A stretch of DNA of 60,280 nt from Mesotaenium endlicherianum (Eukaryota). The DNA lies in the NCBI GenBank assembly GCA_009602735.1, contig WELA01002258.1:295302-355581 (forward strand), read 5' to 3'. The notes below the pieces were generated by a model. That model had not been told where the DNA came from and ran no database searches. It saw only the letters and a program-made list of their open reading frames with translations. This document shows positions 27,819 to 39,402 of the stretch, one piece after another; the stretch's first letter is position 1; every line of letters begins with the position of its first letter. The translations under genes and the position numbers were made by a program.

Positions 27819-30299
27819 ATGGTCTCAGCCCAGCAGAGAATACAAGTAGAAAGGTTGCTGAAAAAATACCGCAAGGTGTTTGCTTTTACTAAGGAGGAGA
27901 CTGGTAGAACCACTGCCAGTATGTGTGAGATCACACTAACTACTAATAACCCAGTCAGACTTGGGCCGCATAAGCTCAGTCAGACAGAGTGGGACTGTGT
28001 GGAGAAAACTTGCGCAGAGCTGCATAAGCTCCACATGATTGAAAAATCTTCCTCAGTGCATGGGGCTCCCACAGTAGTAGTTGCTAAAAAGGACGAGGTC
28101 GGCAATTACACTGACACTCGTATGTGTGGAGATTACAGGCGACTGAATCTCTATACGGAGCCAGACAGCTATGTGATGCCTACGCCGGAGCAGATCTTTG
28201 CGATTGCCACCACCGGGAAGGTGTTCAGCATCATCGATTTGCGCCAGAGCTTCAACCAGATCCCTGTGAAAACAGAAGATTGAGGTAAGACCGCCTTCTG
28301 GGCTCAAAGGGAACTTTGGCAATGGACAATAATGCCATTTGGGCTGAAAAATGCCCCAGCCATATTTCAGAGGACTATGGATAAAGTGCTGGAGGGGCTA
28401 AATTTTGCTAAACCATACATTGACGATGTAGTAGTATTCAGCAAGTCCATAGAGGAGCACCTCGAGCACTTGGAACAAGTGTTCCAGCGCCTTGAGAAAT
28501 TCCAGATGAAGCTGCATCCTGGGAAGTGCAGATTCTTTGAGGCACACGTGCCTTACCTAGGACATGAGATTGGGAACAATGCTATGTCCCCTCGGGCTGT
28601 GAAGATTGAGGCCATTTACAAGATACCTGCACCTGCGAATGTGTCTAAGCTGAAAGCTCTGTTAGGGCTAAGCGGATACTATCGTAAGTTTGTGAAGGAT
28701 TATAGCAGAATTGCTAAACTCCTGACGGAACTCCTGAAAAAGGATGTGCCTTTTGTGTGGACAGAAGCTCAGGAGAAAGCCATGAACGAGCTTAAGGAGC
28801 GGTTGGTAACAGCCTTAGTCTTGCGAACGCCTGACTACTCCAAGCCGTTCAATTTGCACACGGATTGGAGTCGTGTAGGAATTGGCGCAGTACTCACTCA
28901 GGCCGCAAGTCCTAGAGAGGAGTATGTTATTGCCTATGCCTCACGCTCTAATAATCGAGCGGAGAGCAACTACTCGTCCTACGAAGGAGAGCTGCTGGCA
29001 GTGGTTTGGGTTGTCACACACTTCAGAGAGTATCTGTGGGGAAGACCATTCACGTTGATCACGGATCACTCACCTTTACTATGGCTGATAAAGAACGGAG
29101 ACCTCACTGGTAAGTTGGCTCGCTGGGCTCTTAAGCAGCAAGAGTACCAAATGACGGTGGTGCACAAAGCAGGAGTGCTCAACAACGACGCCGATGGACT
29201 CAGCAGGAACCCAGACCCATCTTCAGACGACAGAATAGGAGCCCGTGAGGACGAAGACCCAAGCAGCCCAGCAGAGTTGGTGGCCTGCCTAGCCGAAATG
29301 GCTGGAATGGTAGCATCAGGTGAAGCTGAGCCCCTACCCCTGTTCAGTCCAGAGATCTGGAAAGATCAAGCTACTATGCACTGGCTGAAGACGGGAACTC
29401 ACTTGGAAGGACTATCAGTGAAGGAAAAGGACCAGGTAAACCATCGAGCTAAAAGGTTTTGCTGGAAACGCAACAACCTCTTTATAATTGAAAAAATTGG
29501 TCGGGAGAAGTTAGTGCCAGAATCCATCAGGAGACGAGCTCTTGTGCAGGAAATGCACGAGAACACTGGACACTACGGTGTCAAGAAGACGTATAGTCTT
29601 TTGGAGCTGTCTTACTGGTGGAGGGGCATGAAGCAGCAGTGTGAAGATGTGATCAAGGCCTGCCAAGGGTGTGATCGCGTCAAGGCTGGTTTTACACAGC
29701 AACATCCACACTTGCAACCTTTGCCGATCATGGGCCTAGGCTACCGCTGGAGCTGCAATCTCGCAGGTGAGCTACCGCTGTCTAAGCGAGTTAACAAGTA
29801 TATCATGGTTATGATTGAGCATTTCTCTAAGTGGATAGAGGTTGTGCCTCTGACTGCTAAGGAGAGTCTAGGGACCGCGGAAGCGCTCCTCAATGGTGTG
29901 ATTGTGCGTCATGGAGCTCCAGCAGAAGTGCTGACAGACCAAGGGTTTGAGTTCCAAGGGTCTTTTCAGAAACTCTTGGATAGATGCTTCATCGATCATC
30001 GCACTACGTCTAGAGACCATCCGCAAGCACATGGTCTGGCAGAAAGGATGGTGCAAACCATTAAGTCTGCTTTGCGCAAATTTTGCCTCGAGCATGACAA
30101 GCATGACTGGGATCTGGCCCTGCCATGGCTGGTTATGGGTTACAGATTTAACAAGCAGGCTGCCTTGGCGAATTACTCGCCATATCAGATACTGTTTGGC
30201 AGAAGTCCAGTAGTACCCATCAGCATCAAGCAGGAGATTGAACAGGTGAAAAACCTGGACAGCCTTGATGAACTGCTAAAAGTGATGGTACGCAGTTAG
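27819..30299 (+). pseudogene. pol: pol: reverse transcriptase, RNase H and DDE integrase (gypsy order)
   Basis: RT: RMCGDYRRLN, IDLRQSFNQI, MPFGLKNAPAIFQR, YIDDV. RNase H: LHTDWS, YEGELLAV, TDHSPL, ADGLSR. IN: HHCC (HENTGH..CQGC), WSCNLAG (N where the first catalytic D is expected, 29757), LTDQGFEF, GLAERMVQTIK. In-frame TGA at 28281. Confidence 0.95.
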
Positions 30300-30651
30300 G
30301 CGTTATTTGAGCGCATGATACCAGCTGCGTTGGACAATCTGAAAATTACACAGAAAAGAGATACGCAGCGTTACGCCAGGACACGAGACAGGAGCTATCG
30401 CTTGCAAATGACGCAGATTCAAGAAGGAGACTTCGTCTACCGCAAGCGCCAGATCAAAGACCACCATCGACACCATTTCAGGTGCAGTGATCTTACGCGT
30501 GAAACATGCGTTTGACAATGGTGTGTTAGAACTGAAAGGTTCTGATGGTAAAACCATGAGAGACCACGTGCAGAATTGCTCGCTATGCCATTTGCCGAAT
30601 ATTGATCCTACGATTAGGGTTGTGCCTCAGGAATTGGTGCCAGCCACACCT

Positions 30652-30780
30652 TGTGCCAGCTGCAAAGTGCTGGATGATCAAGAAGCAACGGTAACTTGCG
30701 ATAAGTGTGGTGCCCGTTGGCACACTTTCTGCATTAGCAAGGAAGAGATTATGGCAGGACGATGGGAATGTCCTGACTGC
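30652..30780 (+). pseudogene. PHD finger (C4HC3) at the integrase C-terminus
   Basis: CASCKVLDDQEATVTCDKCGARWHTFCISKEEIMAGRWECPDC has canonical C-x2-C..C-x2-C-x4-H-x2-C..W-x-C-x2-C spacing. Confidence 0.88.
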
Positions 30781-30843
30781 CTTTCTAAACCCCCTGGCCG
30801 CAGGGCTGGAAAATAATAGCTTTCAGCAGAAAGGCAGGGACGT

Positions 30844-30855
30844 GAAAGGGAGGGG
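30844..30855 (+). promoter_or_regulatory. Polypurine tract (PPT)
   Basis: gaaagggagggg directly before the TGTAAG start of repeat B1. Confidence 0.85.
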
Positions 30856-31159
30856 TGTAAGAGGAATTAAGGCAAGGCAAGTATTTTTAAATTTTTTATT
30901 TAAGTCTCAGGATAAGCAGATGGTGAGAGCTGGGTGAAGGAGGACGTTGCTCTGAGTGTTGGTCATGGTTGCATGGTGCAAGTTCAGGATCCCTGGGATG
31001 GGTTAACCCTGGTAAGGCTTGTCGCCGACACACGTGCGAATGTCGATCGGCCATGTTTGCCCACACGTGAGGAGGGCCACCGACACCTCGACCAGGTCGA
31101 AGGCACACGAGCTGGAAGGCTACGCACGTGCCGAGGGACGGACACTGTTAGGCACGACA
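30856..31159 (+). repeat. Terminal repeat segment B1 (304 bp)
   Basis: tgtaagaggaattaaggc...ttaggcacgaca, a direct repeat of 32404-32707. Confidence 0.95.
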
Positions 31160-31161
31160 GC

Positions 31162-32403
31162 TGACGCAACTACTATCCGTTTGACGGTGTCACACGCGCA
31201 GCGTAAGCTACGGCCACCCAGGTACGGAAAGTCAACGTTGACTCATCGACCACTTAATTGATTACATCGCAGTCAGCGGTTATGTCAGCGTCAAGACTAC
31301 TGGCAAGGAGTCAATGTCAATATGCCCCACACCCAGGAATGGGGGAGGTTTTTACATCATAGACAACCGCGAGGCTAGAAGCTGGGGATCAGTAATGAGC
31401 CGCCCAGCAGGTACCAAGTCAGGTACTGCGTGACTGGCAGAATAAGCCAAGTCATGGCCGCAATGCCAAGATAGGTTACGGCCGCCCGGTTGGGAATCTT
31501 GAGCACGTGACATTTGCTTGTACACGCCGCTCAGGAGTTCTTAGCCATGAGCCAATTAGGCGTGACTGCCAGCTGAGAAGCTAAGCAGCCAAGCGCGACA
31601 GTCACCAGGTGTGCATGCATGCTGAGTGACTACGAGTTTGAGTTGAGCATGGCTAGGCAGAAGCGACATGCAGCTGAGCTTTGTGACTAAGCATGGCATT
31701 CTCGGAAGATGACGCTGTGGTGCCTGCGAAAGGCACGAATCTTGCCTGAGACATGTCATTTTCTCTCACGCACCTTTGCCAAGGAGCAGAAGGAGCAGAA
31801 GGAAGGAGAAGAAGGACGCGAAGAAGAACAAGGAGTTCCCAAGGCCATTGGAGAGCCGAAGCCCCATGCTTCTGCCGACGCTGAAGATTCTTCTCAGTGT
31901 ATCATAGATAAGTTAGGATTGTAGTTCCCAAGAGGAAATCTCACTGTTGAAAGTAGGAGAACTGCAGAACAGAATCTGCTAAGAGATTAGCACAGATTCG
32001 GCCGAACGCCACAAACGTGTGTGAAGCAGCCTTAAAATGGTGAGTTTTGTGTTAGTCTCCAAGTTCTCAGAAGTCGCATTCGCATCTCGAATAGAGAGAG
32101 TAGTATTGACAAATAGAGCTCTTAGTGAAGAACTGAGTGAGCCTAGCCTGGCAGTGAAGAGCTATTAAGGTGCGGTGTTAAGTGAAGAGCTTGACCGAGG
32201 CCAGCATAGACGTGTAGTTTCAGAGTTTTGTAAGCTGTGACTTTGTGAAAGTTAAGCGAAAGCCTGAAGGGCAATTTTCTCTGAATCTGACGTTGTATGT
32301 CAAGCTGCTTAGATTGTGATTTCTGCAAACTACAATTTGCTCGCCTGTGAACCCAAGAACCTTAAGGCATAAAGCCTATGTGGAAGTAAGAGACTTCCGT
32401 CCT
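31162..32403 (+). repeat. Terminal repeat segment A2 (1242 bp)
   Basis: tgacgcaactactatccgtttgacgg...gacttccgtcct, separated from B1 by the dinucleotide gc. Confidence 0.95.
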
Positions 32404-32707
32404 TGTAAGAGGAATTAAGGCAAAGCAAGTATTCTTAAAATTTTCTGCTACGTCTTAGGATAAGCAGATGGTAAGAGCTGGGTGAAGGAGAACGTTGCTC
32501 TGAGTGTTGGTCATGGTTGCATGGTGCAAGTTCAGGAGCCCAGGGATGGGTTAACCCCGGTAAGGCTTGTCGCCGATACACGTGCGAAGGTCGATCGGCC
32601 ATGTTTGCCCACACGTGAGGAGGGCCACCGACACCTCGACCAGGTCGAAGGCACACGAGCTGGAAGGCTACGCACGTGCCGAGGGACCGACACTGTTAGG
32701 CACGACA
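32404..32707 (+). repeat. Terminal repeat segment B2 (304 bp)
   Basis: Abuts A2 with no spacer (cgtcct|tgtaag), ends cacgaCA, and is followed by TSD taca. Confidence 0.95.
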
Positions 32708-33145
32708 TACATTGGATAAAAATAAAGTGTACATAATTTTCTTTCATCAGAGTTATTACCGAGTTAATTGTAATCATTTTATCTGACAATTTTTCAATCA
32801 AACGACGACTTTTTAATGTGCACCTTTGCATAGTATGTGTAGTCGCAACGCGATTGTTGACGGCTAACCAAATATCAATTATGGACCAGTTGAATTTTGT
32901 TCTTATCTCATACATAATTTTCAAGAAATTTGAAGCGTAGAAATAGGGAAATTTATAACTTCAACAATTTTCGTATGTTTGACAATTTTTATCAACGGCT
33001 TGCCCATAAAGGATCACACTGACAAGACGACATTGAAATAGTAAAATTTGCTTCAACGTGAAGTCCAAACCTTTACCTACATGGGATGAAAATGAGTACC
33101 TTACTGAAAAAAACTTACGTATTGGTTCGTGAGAAACCTGTAACA

Positions 33146-36100
33146 TGAAAGGGAGAAGGGTGCGGGGAGTGCGCCCATACACACTCACACACCCTCACCC
33201 GCGAGTGGAAGCGTGCACGAGGACCTTTTCTAGTTGCATACACAAGGTGGAGTGGCCTGGTGGTATGCCACCCTTGCAAGAGTTAGAGGGCTACATGAGA
33301 GAGAAGTGGAAAAGAACTCACTTTATTAAGAAAAGTCGTGTACAAGATAAGAAGGTTATACTAGACTAGACTAGACTAGACAAGACTCCCTCTTTTATCC
33401 TTCAACTCTATGTGTCCTCTCTAGCAAAGTACCTCCAAAACCTTCTACTATGGCTCCTTCCATGTAGGTGACCTTGCCTAGTTGGACAAGCTAGCACACT
33501 CACACGCACACGACTACACTCCAGAATATTCTACTACACAATCCACTAACTCTCACGGAGTTTCTAGGAATTCCACAATCACTTTGGCAGTCTACGTAAT
33601 CGTACGTAGTTTCCGGAACCCTCATGATTCAATGTCATACTTTCTGGACTCCAATCGAAATTTTTGTCATTGGACCTGCCCTTGTCACTACATTGAATCT
33701 GTGACACTAAAAACTCACTAAAAACTCCCAAAATTCATAGCATTCTCAATACTTGTCCAAATGACTTGAAATAAAGACCAAAGTTCTTCTAAAATCACAC
33801 TCTATGCATAGAAAGATACAAACTACACTTTCATAACCTTACATCATCCCCCTCCTCAAGATGCGATGTCCTCGGCGCATACGAAGCATAAGTGACGTCA
33901 TATAAGGAATCGAGCTCACATATACGCTAGGAAAACAGATATATAATACAAGTTGCAGGACTTGAACAGGCTCCAGGATGATACTCAATACTCCAAACTT
34001 GCTCCACTTAGTAAAAGCTCCATCGCATACATTAGCTCCACATGGCGCCTCCTTACACAAGTGCATCTTCTCTTCAACTCCTTCGTCTTAGAATAGGCCA
34101 ATATCTTCATAAAGGTTGTAACATACTCCCTCCATCATCTCCATATACTCCAAAGCTGGATCCAAGGCACATTAGTCCGCCAAATCTCCAAAATACTCAT
34201 TCTTCGCCCTCTTCGACGAGTGGCAACTCCTCGTCGCGCCATGTAGCTTACTCGTGGTCCTCTTATAATTTTGACCAGATTACATCAAGAACCTGACTCC
34301 ACTATGTTCGTGAACGTTCTAGTACCCTTGACTACCTTCAACTCTAAGCCAAATTCTTTCTAGAAGTAGCGCACTCTCTCCCTCGTGTGCATGACTCATG
34401 GTGACCTCTCAAGATGCCAAGTGGCACCCCCTTGACTCTTTTTGACATTTTTAGCTTGAAAGTTGTGCAAGCTATATAATATCATCCCTCTAAACTCACT
34501 GGTATGCTTTGTTTCCCCTGATTCCAAGCCTAAGACCATGAAATCAGATTGCACCTTGCCTCACACATGTGGCTCCCACGGCAGTCCAACAGACCGCCAT
34601 GTGGCATTGTCAGAAGTTAAATCAATATTTTTATTTAAAAAAAAACTTTTTCTATATCTCAATTCATAGGACTACCTCTCCACAAAATTTCAGAATCTCA
34701 TCAAAGTCCAACATTTAAACGAGATCGTCACTTTGTGCCTCACGATCGTAGGACGCACACGCGCGCAACACATATAAAGCTCCCGATTCTACAAATGGCA
34801 CATGCTTAAACCCCTGATTCTGAAACTTGACTATGATTCGAGGCAGGCCTAATACTAGGCCTCTCACATCATGTAGGACTTCTGGTGAAAATATTACCCA
34901 CTCTCTCCTAAGTAGAGAAAACGTAGCCGAAATTTGCTCACTTTTACCCTCGCGCTCGCCTACCCGTAAAACCCTCAAACATGGACAGATTTGAGTTATC
35001 TTCCAAGCACTTGCTCTCAAACTTCTTTTCACTTCACATCTCTTTGTTACAACTGAACTCATGGGACTGGTTTGACCGTGCTTACAAGCACGATAAACAA
35101 CTATGACACTCCCCCCCCTCATCATGAAGGTAAGGTGCTTACCACTTGAGTGTCCAAGTCCAGATTTTACGCCTCTCTCTTGCTTGCTTGTATAGGCGCT
35201 GATTCTCCTAGCTTCATGTCCAAGTCCTTAACATATATCTCCATCTTAGGCAGGACATATCAGCCCCATAAGTCTTGGGCTCCTCCTCGTAGGTCCATAT
35301 TCATAAAGTCGTAGTCTCCATCAAGCGATGATAGTAGTCTTCACAAGGCATGAGCGCGTAGGATCGCTCGTGGTGCACCAAAGTCCATCATAGTCTTCTT
35401 CTTGGCTAGATGCTCACTCCCACATACTCCTGGCTCTTCTTGAAGGTCAGCCTTCACACAAGGCTCCAAGAAACACATCTGGAACGCCTCCATGAGTTTC
35501 ATAACTTGGACAAACGCACACACTCTTGGTGCTTGCACCTCATCTTGTGCTCGCACACACTTTGTCTTGCAAGCGGGCTTCTCTTGAGCTCACTTTCTAG
35601 GAGCTCCTCCACTTGAGGCACTTGGGGTCTGCTCTATATATGAGCAAGGGGATCATACACCTCTACTTGCTCCACCAGCGATGCGCGCTCGCCAAGGTTG
35701 TTAGGAGGCACGCTTGCTCCATGCAATGACCGGGCCAAGGCCACCAACACAAGCGCTTCTTCTTCACCTTCACCTTCTCGCGTCGCTTCTTTGCTAGCGG
35801 GCTGAAGATAGCTACTTGTGGTCTTATCTACCTCCACCTATTTCACTATCTTCACTTGACCATAGTCCTCCTTGGTCTTCGCTTGACCCGTGCACTTAAG
35901 CACTAGAGGATAGGCTACTCTCTTTGTGCAACTCCTTCCACATGCTTAGCTTCTTGAGTGCACTCTAGCCTTGGTCACCCCAATAACACTTCTTACTACT
36001 AAACCCAGCTTGCCTTGGTGCTCTAATTTCACATGAAGAGCTTCCATAGATGCACCAATATTTGCCCCTTAACTATGCCGACACACAACTATTGGCACAC

Positions 36101-37753
36101 GCACTTCTAGTGAGAGATATCTCTTGCACTAGCCCTCTTGCACCAACTTCATACCTTGCTTCTTCTTCCACACCATAGGCTTGTCTTCATCATAAATTTC
36201 AACCTGAAGTACTCCATAATAGTCTCCTCCATAAGAAAAAGAAGAATCTGAACTTGAAGGCTCCATCTCCACTTATCTTGCTTGAAGAAAAATCTGCGTC
36301 ACTTCTTCTTGCTCCAAGCCTTCTCCACGGCGCTTTTCTTCACTTGAGGCTTTATCAATCTCCATAAGAATGACCAAGATCCATCATGGCTAGCCAACAT
36401 ATCCAGTAGTTGTATAGGAGTGATGCAAGGCAACCCAAATCTGGCTACATACTTGGCCAACTTGGTGCAACACCCCGGTGCACCCTCTCTTGAGCTTCTT
36501 ATGAGCTCCTCTTGAGCTTGCGAGTGCTATGCCCGCCAAAGCTTTTAGACTTGCAAGTACACATGCTTGCTAAGTCCCGGTTGCTTACCCTTGAAATCTG
36601 CTCCACCTTCATTGAATATCTGAAATAAAGATGGGCACATACTCCGTTCTAGCCACCAACATCTTTATGCTAAGCCCCCTCCTCAAAGAAAGAGCTTAAC
36701 CCCAACAGTGTGAACTCCAGATTTTATTCATGCTCATATGTCTCCATATTGAAGCAAAGGCTGCTCTATATTACTTATATCACTACCATGCTTGGGCAAC
36801 CTTTTTATACTCTAAAGAAGACGTACAAAAATCTGGTGCATCCAAGTTAACACTTCTTGGAGCACCTCCCACTTCCCATCTCCTCCCTCCTTAAAGAGAG
36901 TGAGATGCTAGCTTGCATCAACGTCTTCATGGATGCCCTTAGCAACTTATAAATCATCCTTGCTTCTCCTCTTTACCCTCTCTACATTCCTACAAGCATC
37001 ACCAACCAAAGCCCGTCCTCCAAATGAAGCAACTAGGTAGCTCCGATACCATGTGAAACGGGGAAGGGTGCGGGGAGTGCGCCCATACACACTCACACAC
37101 CCTCACCCGCGAGTGGAAGCGTGCACGAGGACCTTTCCTAGTTGCACACACAAGGTGGAGTGGCCTGGTGTTATGCCACCCTTGCAAGAGTTAGAGGGCT
37201 ACATGAGAGACGAGTGGAAAAGAACTCACTTTATTAAGAAAAGTCGTGTACAAGATAAAAAGGTTATACTAGACTAGACTAGACTAGACAAGACTCCCTC
37301 TTTCATGCTTCAACTCTAAGTGTCCTCTCTAGCAAAGTACCTCTAACCTTCTACTATGGCTCCTTCCATGTAGGTGACCTTGCTTAGTTGGACAAGCTAG
37401 CACACTCACACGCACACAACTACACTCTAGAATATTCTACTACACAATCTACTAACTCTCACGGAGTTTCTAGAAATTCCACAATTACTTTGGCACTTTA
37501 CGTAATCGTACGTAGTTTCTGGAACCCTCATGATTCAATGTCCTACTTTCTGGACTCCAATCAAAATTTTCGTCATTGGACCTGTCCTTGTCACTAAATT
37601 GAATTTGTGACACTAAAAACTCACTAAAAACTCCCAAAATTCGTAACATTCTCAATACTTGCCCAAATGACTTGAAATAAAGACCAAAGTTATTCTAAAA
37701 TCACACTCTATGTATATAAAATGCTAGAAAGATACAAACTACATAACTTTACA
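33146..37753 (-). mobile_element. Family-A LTR retroelement, non-autonomous/decayed (two ~700-bp LTRs, ~3.2-kb internal region)
   Basis: LTRs at 33146-33843 and 37054-37753. TSD TAACA (33141-33145 / 37754-37758). tRNA-iMet-type PBS TGGTATCGGAGC on the - strand at 37040-37051. PPT GAGGAGGGGGA on the - strand at ~33847-33857. No recognisable RT or IN motifs inside. Confidence 0.9.
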
Positions 37754-38219
37754 TAACACGTATTCTCATTTTAATTACGTTACATGACTTCGTGGAATTG
37801 AATCCTTAGCAAAGTGAAACATTAGAGTAATTAGAGTTATTTTGTCACTTTTAACACGTTCACTTGGTAGCAGATTGACTCTTTCACCGTTGCAATCAAT
37901 CACGCTCAAAGTTTCAAGTTCATAGTTGTAGGGCTTACCAAGAGCCTTGGAGAACCAAATACTCACGTATTTTCAAATTGTAAACGCATACTTCCAGTAC
38001 GTGTATGTTATACCAATAGTCTAATTAAGTACTACGTAACTAAACGTGAGTATCAACGTAAAGCTTGATTCATTTGTATACTAAAATGATGACAAGGTCA
38101 ATCAATGGTCCTTTTTTACATGCTGGATGAAGAGTTGACCATCTTAATAAGCTTGTGAATAGTGTACTTTAATGGCAAAGTTCTTTGACAGTTCTTCAAC
38201 ATTGAAAAGGTTGTTGTAA

Positions 38220-39402
38220 TGAATCAGTTCAATATTTATTAAATTAATTGCATAATGAATGTATCACTAGATAAGTATTATGTCAATATACTCACATGTG
38301 CAAGTTCATGTAAATGAATGTATGTAGATATAATGCGAGTTTACTCACTTTGTCTAAAAAGGTCACCAGGATGACTTATGTATCATGGTATAATTTGCTG
38401 AGATTATCAGTATATATATAGAACATAATATCAATAGGTTGATATGTAATTTGCTTGCATAATAGTAGTCAGTATACTTGGACTCAGTACGGTGAGGATA
38501 TATGTATCCATTTTTATCATTATTTGTAGATTGCCACATGTGACCGTAGTACACTGAAAGTTGGGAGGTCGACTGAGATGCGGTATACCAATATCCTATC
38601 GATGTAGTTTACTCTTGGGAAGGCGGAGCCATCGTCATTGTCAGTCAACTGAACAGGTAGGACTTCAGTCAATCGACCAATTAATATGGTCATTATAACT
38701 AGATTTGTGGGTCCCAACTTAACGAATTTCCCACAAAACGGCGCACCTTGCGTCGTGGTCAACCAGGTGGTCTACAGCGAGCTGGGATCTCATGGTGTCT
38801 CTTTCGGGACAGTAGGCTTTAGAGTTGGATTTCTACTTGCAAGTCATGTGTGCACTTTTGGGTTTGTTATTATGACCAGCTTTCACAAAAATTGACATGG
38901 CTTCCTTGTCTATGCACCAAATTAAGCGAACTAGGACATTTTGGAAAGGTTTTGTCAAGACGCGTCCGTTGCCGTTAAGTTTGATCATTTTGAATAAGTA
39001 TTAACATAGTTCTGACACCTCGAGGTCACATAGCGGATTTGTTCCATGGTTTTGCACCTAAGTCAGTAGGATGTGTTTTAGCTACATTATGGTCATCTGA
39101 ATGATAGCTCGTTTACTATTCAGTCCTCTGATGTTGTGTATGTGCTTATACATGCTTGTATGCCGACAAGAGGCCATGGGCTTCCAAAGGAGAAGCTCTA
39201 GTCCTCAAGTTCGTCTCTTTTTCGTGCCTTGAATTTGTGTGCAACCATAGCACACTATGTTATGTGAGTCAAGAGGTATAGATAAGTAAACGAAATTAAT
39301 TTTAAGGGCAAAGATCGCTCTCTGGTTACACGCTTTCAAGTAACTCCGATCTTATATATAAATGAAATATATTTCTTGATTAAGCAAGATTTATTTCAGA
39401 TG
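38220..39402 (-). repeat. Interspersed repeat, family C, inverted copy
   Basis: Reverse complement of 17679-18940, e.g. gttttgcacctaagtcagt versus actgacttaggtgcaaaac. Confidence 0.8.

Larger units (their letters stand above)
20597..32707 (+). mobile_element. Ty3/gypsy LTR retrotransposon with C5-DNA methyltransferase and PHD finger, split (A...B-A-B) terminal repeats; inactivated copy
   Basis: TG...CA termini with TSD TACA (20593-20596 / 32708-32711). Domain order is gag-PR-DNMT-RT-RNaseH-IN-PHD. Repeats: A 20597-21840 and 31162-32403; B 30856-31159 and 32404-32707. Confidence 0.93.

Noticed and set aside
20597..32707. DIRS/PAT/Ngaro tyrosine-recombinase element, suggested by split repeats plus a methyltransferase
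   Set aside because: It has an aspartic protease, a DDE integrase, a PPT and a TSD. No recombinase motifs are visible, and the MTase is C5-type rather than Dam-like.
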